Source: a virus (taxonomy: Duplodnaviria; Caudoviricetes). From it: DNA of 40,441 bases. Shown here one piece after another: positions 27,818-36,935 of the stretch (position 1 is its first letter; each line of letters opens with the position of its first letter). Under the pieces are notes generated by a model. It searched no databases, had not been told where the DNA came from, and was given only the letters and a program-made list of their open reading frames with translations. The stretch is taken from the IMG/VR virus record IMGVR_UViG_3300020045_006352, positions 1-40,441 of that record. The stretch is one strand, 5' to 3'. A program made the translations under genes and the position numbers.

Positions 27818-30800
27818 ATGGCTTTTGCAGATAAGGTACGCGCTAAGGAAAGCGGCGGGGATGACACGGCGCAGGCTAAAACATCGAGCGCGTCCGGGCG
27901 TTACCAGTTTACAAAAGACACGTTCGTTAATCTGTATAAGCAGGTTTACAAGGACGGCTTGCCTGCTGACAGGATCTGGGAAAAGCGGTTTGATGGTGAC
28001 ACGCAAGACGCCCTGATGCGCCAAGCTGACAAGCTGTATACCGGCACACTCAGGCGCAGTGGCTTGCCTGCCACAGACGAAAACAAGTATATGCTGCATT
28101 TCCTTGGACCTAAAGGTGCCAAGGTGCTTAATGCCAATCCTGACGAGCCTGTCAGTAAGTATGTGTCAAAATCAGAGATTAACGCTAACCGGTCGCTTTT
28201 AAGTGGTAAGACGGTTGGAGAAGTCATTAACTGGACGCGCAGGCAAATGGGCAGCGTATCAGATCGCGTTGCTGCAAATCGTAACCGGGCAATGGCTTCA
28301 CGCGAAGTCAAAATGACTGAACAGGATGGCGGCTTTGATGTCAACAAGGTCTATTCCGCATACCAGCTTGCAGGCAAACCCGGCGGCATGTCGCCCAAGG
28401 AGGCACGTGAAATTGAGGTGGCGGCTAATAGTGGCTCGCTTGTCCTGCCGTCATGGTTCAAGCTTAGAACAAAGCCCTCTGTCATTGCTATTACGCCCAA
28501 GATGGCGCAGGCGTACAACACTTTAAGTGATATGCCCGACAGTGTGCGCGACCAGATCGACACAGCGCTTGCAAACAACGAGATTGCGCTCCCTAAAGGA
28601 TTGACACTAAAGCGCCCTGCCCCCCGTACAGCGGGCGAGAGCCTTGGGATGGGCGTTCGTGGCGTACTGGAAGGCGCGGGCGGCTTGGTTGATATAGCAG
28701 CAGCCCCAGTTAACGCTATAGTCAACACGGTTGCAGGCACCAACCTGTCTACAACACCATTTCAGGACGCAGCCAGCGCAGCTTCTAACGCTATGGGCTT
28801 GCCGGCCCCGGCTACCTCTGGCGAAAAGCTGACTAACGCGCTCATTGGTGGCGGCACACAGGGCTTATTAACTGCCGGGGCAGGTCTTGCCGCGGCTGGC
28901 GCTAAGGGGGCAACGGGGGTTGTGGGCCGCGCTTTGGCGTCTAATCCGGTTCTGGATACCGTATCCGGTGCCACCTCTGGCCTATCTGGTGAATCGGCAC
29001 GACAGGAAGGTGCGGGCGGGGTTGGGCAATTTGCAGCTTCTGTTATCGGTGGCTTGACGCCTGTTGGTGTCGCTTCTGTCGGGCGTCGGATTGCTGGCCG
29101 TGTCGCCAATGCAGTGGAGGTCACGCCTAAAGCTGTTGTCATTGACGAAACGGGCAATCTCACTCCTGATGGGCAGGAGTTTGCCACCCGCTACAAGATG
29201 ACGCCGGAAGAGGTGAAGCAGGCATATGAGGCACCACGAACGCCAGCACAGGCCGCGCCTGAAATGGTTGACACATTGCCACAAGCAGAACCGCCGCCAA
29301 TATCTCGCACCCTTCCATCTGGCGCACCTGAAACGCCAATAGCGCCAGAAGCCCGAACGGCTGCGGAGCGCGTTCAGGAAGCGGCAAGCGAAGGCATCCG
29401 CATGTCTCGCGGGCAGGCTACGCGTAACTTTGATATTCAGGACGCGGAAAACCGCCTAAAGAATATGAACGGCGAAGATGCGGCCAAAGCAAGGGAGTTT
29501 TTTGCAGGCCAGATCGAAGACGTTAAGGCTGCAAGCGAAAGGTTCAAGTCTGCTTTTGGTGACACAGCGGCATCGGCTGAGGAGCGTGGCACTGCAATTC
29601 GTGCTGCTGTAGAAGATTTGCGCGATGCAGGGGCGGAAGGTGTAAAGCAGCTTTACAAGCAGGCTCGCGAGCTGGGCGCGCCCGTTGAGCTTAATACTGC
29701 GCCTATTGAGCAGGCTTTTAACCGCGTCATGGTTGAGGCCGATGTGCCCGATGCAGTCAAGGCTGTTATCAAGCAGGAGGCCGCTCGTTATGGCCTCATT
29801 GGCGAAGTTGCACCTATCAAGGAAACGGGAGCGCAGACATCTGAGGCTGGCATAACCAAGGTTAAGCTTGATGATGGCTCTATCGTTCAATTCTATGGCG
29901 AACCTAAAAAGCTTGGCCTTGATAATGCTGAGGATTTTCGCAAGGTTGTCTCCAGTCAGTATATGGCGGATGGCGGGCAAAAGCTTTCGCAGATACTGAA
30001 AGGCGCGATTGACGATGCTGTAGAAAACACTGTTGCTTCTTTGCCTGCCAGTGAAGGAAATGTCAGTGAGGCGCTTAAATCCGCACGCACAGCATTTATT
30101 GAGCAGAAAAAGACATTCGGAGCAAAAGACATCATTCAGGATATGATCGACTGGAAGCGTGGTGCTGAAAACACAACCTACCGCGTCAAGCCGGAAGATT
30201 TGCTTGCAAAAGCCATTGGCAAGGAAAGCGACCTGAAACGCTTGAAGGCTGTTTTGCTTGCCAAGCCGACGCCTAAAAGCATTGCAGCATGGCGCACTAT
30301 CCAGGCGCATGGGCTTGCGGAGATATTCAACAAGGCGACTACCAAAACAACCAATGTTGGCGGGGATATTACAGACGCGCTATCTGGTGCAAAGCTGCGC
30401 ACGGCCATATCCAATTTCACACCTTCAAAACTTAAGGTTTTGCTGGATCCTGCTGAATATAACCAGCTTATGAAGCTGCAGCGCATTATTGCAGACGTGA
30501 CAGTGCCTATCAGTGGGACCACTAATCCTTCTGGTTCAGGGTTGCTTATTATGCGCCTGCTATCAACAGCTGAAAATAAGGCTACAGCGGCACTGACTGC
30601 GGCTGGCGCTGCTGTTGGCGGTCCTTTTGGCGCTGCTATTGGCGGCGTTGCCGGGCAAGCCATATCGCCTGTTGTTAAAGGCATTAGCGAGGCCAAGGCT
30701 GCGGCTAAAACGGCGCAAGATGTCGTTGGGTATACCGCTGACGCCGCCATGCGAGAGGCTGTCAGCCCACCAAAGGGCAAAGTTACAGACGCGATGGATA

Positions 30801-30901
30801 AGGCAAAAGAGAATTTTGCCGGGTTCTACCGTGATTTTATTGACACATTTAGCTCACCTCGCGCCATTGCGCCGCTTATTGTGGGAAGCCAAACCGAATG
30901 A
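27818..30901 (+). CDS. Large ejection protein (gp16-like) with N-terminal lysozyme/transglycosylase-like domain
   Basis: ESGG...A...SSASGRYQF..T...Y..HFLG..GA; 1027 aa; NPSGS motif near C-terminus. Confidence 0.8.
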   Translation: MAFADKVRAKESGGDDTAQAKTSSASGRYQFTKDTFVNLYKQVYKDGLPADRIWEKRFDGDTQDALMRQADKLYTGTLRRSGLPATDENKYMLHFLGPKGAKVLNANPDEPVSKYVSKSEINANRSLLSGKTVGEVINWTRRQMGSVSDRVAANRNRAMASREVKMTEQDGGFDVNKVYSAYQLAGKPGGMSPKEAREIEVAANSGSLVLPSWFKLRTKPSVIAITPKMAQAYNTLSDMPDSVRDQIDTALANNEIALPKGLTLKRPAPRTAGESLGMGVRGVLEGAGGLVDIAAAPVNAIVNTVAGTNLSTTPFQDAASAASNAMGLPAPATSGEKLTNALIGGGTQGLLTAGAGLAAAGAKGATGVVGRALASNPVLDTVSGATSGLSGESARQEGAGGVGQFAASVIGGLTPVGVASVGRRIAGRVANAVEVTPKAVVIDETGNLTPDGQEFATRYKMTPEEVKQAYEAPRTPAQAAPEMVDTLPQAEPPPISRTLPSGAPETPIAPEARTAAERVQEAASEGIRMSRGQATRNFDIQDAENRLKNMNGEDAAKAREFFAGQIEDVKAASERFKSAFGDTAASAEERGTAIRAAVEDLRDAGAEGVKQLYKQARELGAPVELNTAPIEQAFNRVMVEADVPDAVKAVIKQEAARYGLIGEVAPIKETGAQTSEAGITKVKLDDGSIVQFYGEPKKLGLDNAEDFRKVVSSQYMADGGQKLSQILKGAIDDAVENTVASLPASEGNVSEALKSARTAFIEQKKTFGAKDIIQDMIDWKRGAENTTYRVKPEDLLAKAIGKESDLKRLKAVLLAKPTPKSIAAWRTIQAHGLAEIFNKATTKTTNVGGDITDALSGAKLRTAISNFTPSKLKVLLDPAEYNQLMKLQRIIADVTVPISGTTNPSGSGLLIMRLLSTAENKATAALTAAGAAVGGPFGAAIGGVAGQAISPVVKGISEAKAAAKTAQDVVGYTADAAMREAVSPPKGKVTDAMDKAKENFAGFYRDFIDTFSSPRAIAPLIVGSQTE

Positions 30902-32511
30902 CAACGCAAATTATCTATCAGAAAAACTTTATTTCCGACTTGGATGGCACACCATTGCAGGGCGGTAAGTTGTTTATCGGCGAGGCTAATCAGGATCCTG
31001 AATTGTTTCCGATAACGGTTTATTGGGATCCTGAGTTGCTTGATGTGGCTGACCAGCCCTTGTCTATATCGGCTGGCTCTGTTGTGAATAACGGCATCCG
31101 CGCTGCTGTCTACACAGACGAGGATAGCTACTCCTTCCGTGCCCGTAATCGCGCCAATGAGCAAGTTGACTATGTGGCCGACGCTATCGACGGCTCATTG
31201 CGTGGTGAGCTTTCCGGCACAGGCGGCGCTGCCATGATCGGCACAGCATCGGGTGGCACGGTGCAGGATGCAGTCGATGTTGTCGAGGCACTGCCTGGCG
31301 ATGATGGCACGGCGGAAATAGGCTATAAATACGATGCAACAGCATCCGTATTGATGACACTGCGGGCCTATCTGGATACCTTGCCGCTTAACATTTTCGG
31401 CTTTGGCGCGGTTGGCGATGGCGTGGCTAACGATTTGCCAGCTTTTGAAGCGTGCCTTGCCGCCTGCAAGATTTTCGGCAAGTCGATGTTTATTCCCGGC
31501 GGCTATACATACAAGTTCGACGGCGGCGGCAATCCTATTGTGATTGATCCTGCCGTTATGCGCGACGGGGCTTTGCGGGCAATCGCTATTCGTGGTGACA
31601 CCGCTTATCAATCGGTCATCAATGTTGTAAATACAGGCTCCAGCCGGGGTATTTATATGACCAGTTCGTCAGACTGGTTTGACAGTTTCATTGAAAACAT
31701 CACAATCACTGGCAGCATTGGTGGGCCATTGTTCACACTTGGCAATGACGACCTGTCCACAGATCCGGTTAACACAATCCGCTGGCAGAATGTCCGCATT
31801 CTCAATTCTGCAAATAGCGCAGACAATGAAGCGTTGCGGCTTAATTTTGTGGCTATCGGCGGCTTTGATAACGTCATCTGCAACAGCTATGCAACGGCAG
31901 GCGATGCGCGTAACGGTACAGCGCTCCGCTTGCGTAAAGTCATTAGCATGTCGTTCATCAATGGCGCTTTTGGTAACGCTTATTACGGCGTGCGCTTCAC
32001 CGATGATGCTAATCTGAATTGCACATTTATCAGCAACACCTTTGAAAATTGCTATTATTGCGTACGCCATGACACGTCCGATGGTGGAGGCCATTATATG
32101 GCTGGCGCACAATTCACTGAGGTTGTGGGTTATGCGCTATCCTCTACGGGTATGCTGACAGATCGCTCCCTTCTTGTGGAAAGCTACAACTATGGCGATG
32201 ACCCATTGCATCCAGGCGCTGAGCTAATCGATCCGGTCAATTTTGTGGGCATTGTGGTTCGTGACCGTGTAGGATTAACGCCGCCAACGCTGACAGGTTC
32301 CAGCCCTTGGAGCTTCACGAATAACACAGGTCGTGTTATATCGGTCTATGTCAATGGCGGGGCTATTTCTTCTTATGCAATCAACGGCGGCACCACGAGA
32401 ACATTTGCAACAAACAACACTATTCCGGTGCCTATCATGCCGGGTTGGACCGTTGCACTTGCAGGCGCATCTGTGCCAACACTATCATTCTTGAACATTA
32501 GCGCGGGGTAA
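30898..32511 (+). CDS. Tailspike: head-binding domain plus beta-helix depolymerase-like domain
   Basis: D.DG.PL.GG..FIG..N.DP...PI.VYWD; FGAVGDGV.ND..AF; N/I-rich beta-helix. Confidence 0.88.
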   Translation: MTTQIIYQKNFISDLDGTPLQGGKLFIGEANQDPELFPITVYWDPELLDVADQPLSISAGSVVNNGIRAAVYTDEDSYSFRARNRANEQVDYVADAIDGSLRGELSGTGGAAMIGTASGGTVQDAVDVVEALPGDDGTAEIGYKYDATASVLMTLRAYLDTLPLNIFGFGAVGDGVANDLPAFEACLAACKIFGKSMFIPGGYTYKFDGGGNPIVIDPAVMRDGALRAIAIRGDTAYQSVINVVNTGSSRGIYMTSSSDWFDSFIENITITGSIGGPLFTLGNDDLSTDPVNTIRWQNVRILNSANSADNEALRLNFVAIGGFDNVICNSYATAGDARNGTALRLRKVISMSFINGAFGNAYYGVRFTDDANLNCTFISNTFENCYYCVRHDTSDGGGHYMAGAQFTEVVGYALSSTGMLTDRSLLVESYNYGDDPLHPGAELIDPVNFVGIVVRDRVGLTPPTLTGSSPWSFTNNTGRVISVYVNGGAISSYAINGGTTRTFATNNTIPVPIMPGWTVALAGASVPTLSFLNISAG

Positions 32512-32515
32512 GAAC

Positions 32516-32614
32516 ATGAGCGGCGGAACCACGAAACCACCTAAAGGCACGAAGAAGATCGCAACCACGAAACCTGTAAAGCCCAAAGGCTCAAAGGACG
32601 CGAAAAATGCCTGA
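32516..32614 (+). CDS. 32-aa Lys/Pro/Thr-rich peptide (not in ORF track)
   Basis: MSGGTTKPPKGTKKIATTKPVKPKGSKDAKNA*; fills the gap and overlaps the next ATG. Confidence 0.55.
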   Translation: MSGGTTKPPKGTKKIATTKPVKPKGSKDAKNA

Positions 32615-33035
32615 GTTCGGTATCGCCCTATGCTTTCTGTGCGCGGCGGCTTTGCTGCTAAATCATAGTCCCATGCGGCGCACGGTATTCATTATGCTGG
32701 CCAACTGGTGTGTGTGCGAAGCGTTTGTCCGTATTACGGGCAACTATGAAGCATGGCCGTGGTTCTGGGCGATGGACCTGATTGCGGCTTCTGCAGTTCT
32801 GGTGCACCCATTTGGGCGAGCGCAACAGGTTATAGGCGGCATCTACGGCGTTATGATTGGATGGCATACCATGTTTGCCATAGCAGGCGATGATCCCGCT
32901 TTTTATCTAAACGGCCTTGATTGGTTTTTGCTGGCGCAAATGGCTGTTATGATATTGTGGGGTGCTGGCCATGCTATTGCTAATCTTGGCGGCGTCCATC
33001 GCCTCAATCCATTTCATTATGGGGCGCATAAGTGA
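32607..33035 (+). CDS. Multi-pass membrane protein
   Basis: About five hydrophobic segments in 142 aa. Confidence 0.75.
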   Translation: MPEFGIALCFLCAAALLLNHSPMRRTVFIMLANWCVCEAFVRITGNYEAWPWFWAMDLIAASAVLVHPFGRAQQVIGGIYGVMIGWHTMFAIAGDDPAFYLNGLDWFLLAQMAVMILWGAGHAIANLGGVHRLNPFHYGAHK

Positions 33036-33211
33036 CCGAAAGAAACCTGACAGACGCAGACGTTGCCGCAATCGTCGAGGGCCTCCGTAAAGAGGTTGTT
33101 GAAAGCTTCTATAGGGACTTGGGCCGTGGCCTATGGGGCGCGGTCGTCAAGGTCGTCATCACGGCTTTGATTGGTGTGGCGGCATATAGCGCAGGGAAAT
33201 GGCCGTCATGA
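33032..33211 (+). CDS. Small single-TM protein, holin/antiholin candidate (59 aa, not in ORF track)
   Basis: MTERNLTDADVAAI...FY.DLGRGLW plus TM helix; ATGA overlap with the endolysin. Confidence 0.75.
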   Translation: MTERNLTDADVAAIVEGLRKEVVESFYRDLGRGLWGAVVKVVITALIGVAAYSAGKWPS

Positions 33212-33693
33212 TAAGCTGGCCTCTCAAGCGCAACGTGATCCGCCGCAACGTGATTAACAACACATTCGGCATGGTCAGGCGTTCATCTACCGGGACGCCG
33301 AAAGCGCACCAAGGATGGGACTTTGAAGCGCCTATCGGAACGCCATGCTATGCTATCGCAGACGGCACAATCGTTGATACGTCAAATTACGGCGACTATG
33401 GACAGCGGCTTTTGCTTAAGTTTGATTTTGCAACTGATGGCGATATGGACACGCTATATGCCTTCTATGCGCACCTATCAGAAGTAAAAGTCAAAATGGG
33501 TGACAAGGTCAAGCGCGGGCAACTGATCGCACTGACGGGGGAAAGTGGAAACGCTAAAGGCATGGCCGTTGCTGACCAGCATCTGCATTTTGAAATACGC
33601 ACACAATCAACGGTTGGGCTGGGCCTGAGTGGGCGATTGTCGCCGATGACAGTTTTTGGTAAATGCCCGTTGAAAGAGGCTATTATGCAATGA
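33208..33693 (+). CDS. M23 metallopeptidase endolysin
   Basis: HQGWD (HxxxD), YAHLS, V.RGQ.I...G.SG, HLHFE. Confidence 0.92.
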   Translation: MISWPLKRNVIRRNVINNTFGMVRRSSTGTPKAHQGWDFEAPIGTPCYAIADGTIVDTSNYGDYGQRLLLKFDFATDGDMDTLYAFYAHLSEVKVKMGDKVKRGQLIALTGESGNAKGMAVADQHLHFEIRTQSTVGLGLSGRLSPMTVFGKCPLKEAIMQ

Positions 33694-33917
33694 GCATTAT
33701 CAAGGATTTACTATACACCAAGGGCAACAATGCGCTTGATATTGCGCGGTTGTCAGCAGGATTTTCTATCCTTTGCTTTTGGGGCGGGGTATTATGGTTG
33801 CTGCATAAAAAGGGCGACTTCGATCCTACAGCAGTTGGCGCGGGGTGCGCTGCTATAATGGCGGGCGCGGCGGGCTGGATACATTTTAGACAGAAGCATG
33901 AAGGCGGTGCAGAATGA
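33690..33917 (+). CDS. Two-TM holin candidate
   Basis: 75 aa, two hydrophobic helices, charged C-terminus, next to the endolysin. Confidence 0.65.
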   Translation: MSIIKDLLYTKGNNALDIARLSAGFSILCFWGGVLWLLHKKGDFDPTAVGAGCAAIMAGAAGWIHFRQKHEGGAE

Positions 33918-35530
33918 GTTTAAGTCTAGGTGAAGGCCCAAGCGGCCCTCGTAAAATGAGTGAAGCGTCGTTGATCGCCATGCTGGCGGCAACGGGTACG
34001 CCTGCCAATGCTACCGATATTCAAAACTTCAAGATATGGTCTGCCATTAACAAAACGGTTCGCTTCCCGGCACCTATCGCGGCATTACCCACAACGCCCA
34101 CAGTTCGCTTCATTCCGCATTTTTCAGATACCACGGTAGTATCTGGCCGAACCACTGCCAGTAAGGATATGATGGGGCTTGCTGATGCTGCGGCGATTAG
34201 TGCTGTCAATGGCCCTGAGCAAGTCACGGACGCTTTAGGCCGTCGTTTCTGGCGGTTTAGTGGCTCCGAGGCGCTGGAGATTGCGGACGCGCTCGCTGTT
34301 ACGCAGCGGGCCGGAACCCTGTTTGTGGTGGGCCGTCACCACATCAACTACAATGTTCAAACTGTTTTCAGCCTTGGCCGCAACACTGGAACGCCAGTCA
34401 ACGCCCTCGCCGGCATGATGCGCTTTGACGGCACAAGCTCAAAAGCGCCGACGGTGGCGGGCTACGGTCAAAACAGCAACGCAGCCGCAAACGCGAATAG
34501 AATGATCGCGGGCTGTCAGATGCAGGTCATTGGTGTGGCTTCTCGCACTACTGCCAACGGCGGAATCCGGTTTATGCACAACGGGGACTTCTGCGATGTG
34601 GCACAGGCTACAGCCGCTGGCACAGGCACCGGCGCAGAGATTGGGCGGTTTGCGTTTACACCTGGAGCTGCAAATAACTGGCTTCGCATGGATATTTACG
34701 AACTCGTCTATTACAATGGCGAATTAACCAACGCGCAGGCCATGGCAATACAAGCGGCGCTGCAGGCGGCATGGGGAATCCCAAACATTACGGGCGGCAT
34801 GATATTCGACGGCGACAGCATAACAGCGGCGGCGGGTATTAGCTCGGCTTATAACCCTGCCATGCTACGATGCGATCCTGGCACAAACTGGAACCCTGCA
34901 ACCCGCATTGTGAACATGGCAGTACAAGGTGCTATCGTTGGCATTGCGGCTGATGCAGCTTCGGTTAATAGCCTATTTGCACGATTGAAAGCAGCCAACG
35001 GGATTTATGCTTCTAACATGTTACTAGGCGGTGAGCGGGTATATTTCCAGATTGGCCGCAATGACGTGACATCCACAAACCCCACATATTACCCAAGCAG
35101 CTCGGCTAATACGGCGCAACGTGGCACAGATGTTTACAACGCGATTGTGACATATTTGAATGATGCAGACGGGCATTTTGCGGAAGGCCGGTCCGTTGTT
35201 ATTGCCAACAACATCGCATCCACAACCGCCGTTATGACCTCTTTGACACCATTGCGTGCGGCGCTTTCCTCATCCCCAGGTGTCATCAATTCGCAATTCT
35301 TGACCGATACAAACACGGGATCTGGCGGCACATATGATGGTAAATTGTCCCTTGTGGATCTAGCCAATATCACAGCATCTGGTGATAGCAAGTTCCTGAC
35401 TGCGGCTGACGCAGCGGATACGCTATATTATCAAGGCGACCTTACACACCCGACAATCCTTGGGCAGCAAGCGATCCAGACAGGCGGCGATAATCCCGCT
35501 TATGGACTAGTGCAGGCTATAGCGCCATGA
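33914..35530 (+). CDS. LamG/ConA-like domain plus SGNH/GDSL esterase
   Basis: I.E...YN..L motif; GDSIT, N.AV.G, GRND, DLTHP blocks. Confidence 0.8.
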   Translation: MSLSLGEGPSGPRKMSEASLIAMLAATGTPANATDIQNFKIWSAINKTVRFPAPIAALPTTPTVRFIPHFSDTTVVSGRTTASKDMMGLADAAAISAVNGPEQVTDALGRRFWRFSGSEALEIADALAVTQRAGTLFVVGRHHINYNVQTVFSLGRNTGTPVNALAGMMRFDGTSSKAPTVAGYGQNSNAAANANRMIAGCQMQVIGVASRTTANGGIRFMHNGDFCDVAQATAAGTGTGAEIGRFAFTPGAANNWLRMDIYELVYYNGELTNAQAMAIQAALQAAWGIPNITGGMIFDGDSITAAAGISSAYNPAMLRCDPGTNWNPATRIVNMAVQGAIVGIAADAASVNSLFARLKAANGIYASNMLLGGERVYFQIGRNDVTSTNPTYYPSSSANTAQRGTDVYNAIVTYLNDADGHFAEGRSVVIANNIASTTAVMTSLTPLRAALSSSPGVINSQFLTDTNTGSGGTYDGKLSLVDLANITASGDSKFLTAADAADTLYYQGDLTHPTILGQQAIQTGGDNPAYGLVQAIAP

Positions 35531-36021
35531 TTCCCGGCTTGATCCTATCATGGCTAGGCGGCAACTGGCGTTGGCTGGTGCCGTCTGTAGCGTCCATTGG
35601 CCTTCTCGGCGCTCTATGGCTGTCCAACAATGCCCACGCGCTGCAAGAGGCAAATTTGGGCAAGCAGATAGCCAATCTAGAAACAGCCGTTGCGGATTGT
35701 AAGACGGCAGGGGCACAGGCCAAGGCCAATGCAGAGATCGCACGACGGAACAAGGAAACCGAATATGCCAACAAAGCTTATGATAGCAGCCGCGCTTATG
35801 CTGACTTGCGGCGCATGTACGCCAAAAAACTGCAAGCCCGTATTCATAGCAGCACCACCAACACCAGCCCCGCAAATAACGGTGCCGGATTACCTGAAAC
35901 AGCCCCCGCGCAAACCGAGCTGGTTGGCGGTGGAATAATCATCTCGCTAGAAGATGCGGAGATTTGCACCGAAAACACGGCCAAGCTTGAAAGTGCCATG
36001 GAGTGGGCTGCGGGGTTATGA
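35527..36021 (+). CDS. Inner-membrane spanin (Rz-like)
   Basis: N-terminal TM followed by coiled coil, at the end of the lysis cassette. Confidence 0.75.
   Translation: MIPGLILSWLGGNWRWLVPSVASIGLLGALWLSNNAHALQEANLGKQIANLETAVADCKTAGAQAKANAEIARRNKETEYANKAYDSSRAYADLRRMYAKKLQARIHSSTTNTSPANNGAGLPETAPAQTELVGGGIIISLEDAEICTENTAKLESAMEWAAGL
35765..35938 (+). CDS. Embedded outer-membrane spanin candidate (Rz1-like lipoprotein)
   Basis: +1 frame MPTKLMIAAALMLTCGAC lipoprotein-like signal, Pro-rich body; frame and stop conserved in copy 1. Confidence 0.6.
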   Translation: MPTKLMIAAALMLTCGACTPKNCKPVFIAAPPTPAPQITVPDYLKQPPRKPSWLAVE

Positions 36022-36329
36022 CGGTTATATCATTTGCTAAAGCTAAAGAGGGGCGTTCGCCACATTGGACTGGCACGGTTAAGTGCATAGGCTGCGGGCA
36101 TGAGCCTATTGCTGTTGCGCCTATGGGCACTGTATGGGTGGAGTGCCCATCGTGCCATTTGCACAAGGCGGCACCTAAACACCCCTTCGGCGCAGATCAA
36201 GGCGATGTTGCCTTTACCTGTTCTGAATGTGGATCCGATGCGCTTAACGCCTTTTATCGCAAAGGCCGGTTTAATCTTATGTGCATGGGCTGCGGAATAG
36301 ATCATACAGATGCGGTGTTTGGAGGTTAA
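36018..36329 (+). CDS. Double zinc-ribbon protein (copy 2)
   Basis: Homolog of 216-527. Confidence 0.8.
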   Translation: MTVISFAKAKEGRSPHWTGTVKCIGCGHEPIAVAPMGTVWVECPSCHLHKAAPKHPFGADQGDVAFTCSECGSDALNAFYRKGRFNLMCMGCGIDHTDAVFGG

Positions 36330-36398
36330 GTAAAAAGCCATTGCCTTAACTTAAGGCGAGTGTTAGTTTATCTAACGCTGCGCCGACCAAGTTTGCGT

Positions 36399-36434
36399 CA
36401 AAGCCCTTTCCAGCAATGGAAGGGGTTTTGTTTT
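36399..36434 (+). terminator. Terminator (copy 2)
   Basis: Same hairpin as 941-976. Confidence 0.8.
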
Positions 36435-36443
36435 GTGTGGTAA

Positions 36444-36520
36444 TGGCGACCCCGGCAGGATTCGAACCTGCAATGATGGCAGTAGAATTACCATGCCTTA
36501 TCCAGTTTGGCGACGGGGTC
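36444..36520 (-). tRNA. tRNA-Arg(TCT)
   Basis: GACCCCG/CGGGGTC acceptor plus GCCA; D-loop TGGA; TGGTA-ATTCTAC-TGCCA anticodon arm; GCAGG-TTCGAAT-CCTGC T arm. Confidence 0.9.
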
Positions 36521-36527
36521 TAAAAAT

Positions 36528-36648
36528 GGGTGGCGGCGGTTAGTTTCTCACCCGCTGCGGAGGCTCCATCATACTTAAAGCTGGTTATGCCCGTATAATG
36601 GTGTCTAATCCGCCTCTCTATCGTAGCCACTAGGCTCTTACGCCACCC
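36528..36648 (-). ncRNA. Cloverleaf-like ncRNA D
   Basis: GGGTGGCG/CGCCACCC; AGCC/GGCT; GAGGC/GCCTC with CCATTATAC/GTATGATGG; GCGG/CCGC. Confidence 0.6.
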
Positions 36649-36649
36649 T

Positions 36650-36692
36650 ATCACCAAGGTTTGGAACTACCTAAAAGGCAACCCTTGGCAAT
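36650..36692 (-). ncRNA. Hairpin C (copy 2)
   Basis: Nearly identical to 1048-1090. Confidence 0.5.
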
Positions 36693-36703
36693 TTCTATAT
36701 CGT

Positions 36704-36772
36704 TAGGGCTGGATGCAGCAATCATCCACTTACCTCTACCAGACAATCAAGCCTAGACCTGATAGAACCCTA
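36704..36772 (-). ncRNA. Structured element B
   Basis: TAGGGTT/AGCCCTA stem enclosing ATCAGG/CTTGAT and TGGATG/CATCCA hairpins. Confidence 0.5.
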
Positions 36773-36780
36773 TATAATAC

Positions 36781-36893
36781 GCGGGACCGGGCTTGATACC
36801 GGCTTGGCCTGTGAACAAAGTGCTTAGCACCACGTCAGCGTACACTCGAACCCTAGACTGCTGCTATCTGGCACGTCCATCCGTGCTGCCCGC
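36781..36893 (-). ncRNA. tRNA-like ncRNA A
   Basis: GCGGG/CCCGC; D-like arm GCAC-GGATGGAC-GTGC; T-like arm GCCGG-TATCAAGC-CCGGT; long central arm. Confidence 0.6.
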
Positions 36894-36935
36894 TTAACTC
36901 GTAACTAACTCGAAAACTATTGTGAGTATACCAGA

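Noticed and set aside
36481-36492. Amber suppressor tRNA (CTA in the loop)
   Set aside because: The stem register TGGTA/TGCCA centres TCT; the shifted register does not pair.
36444-36893. CRISPR or mini-CRISPR array
   Set aside because: No repeated direct-repeat unit; the elements are different sequences.
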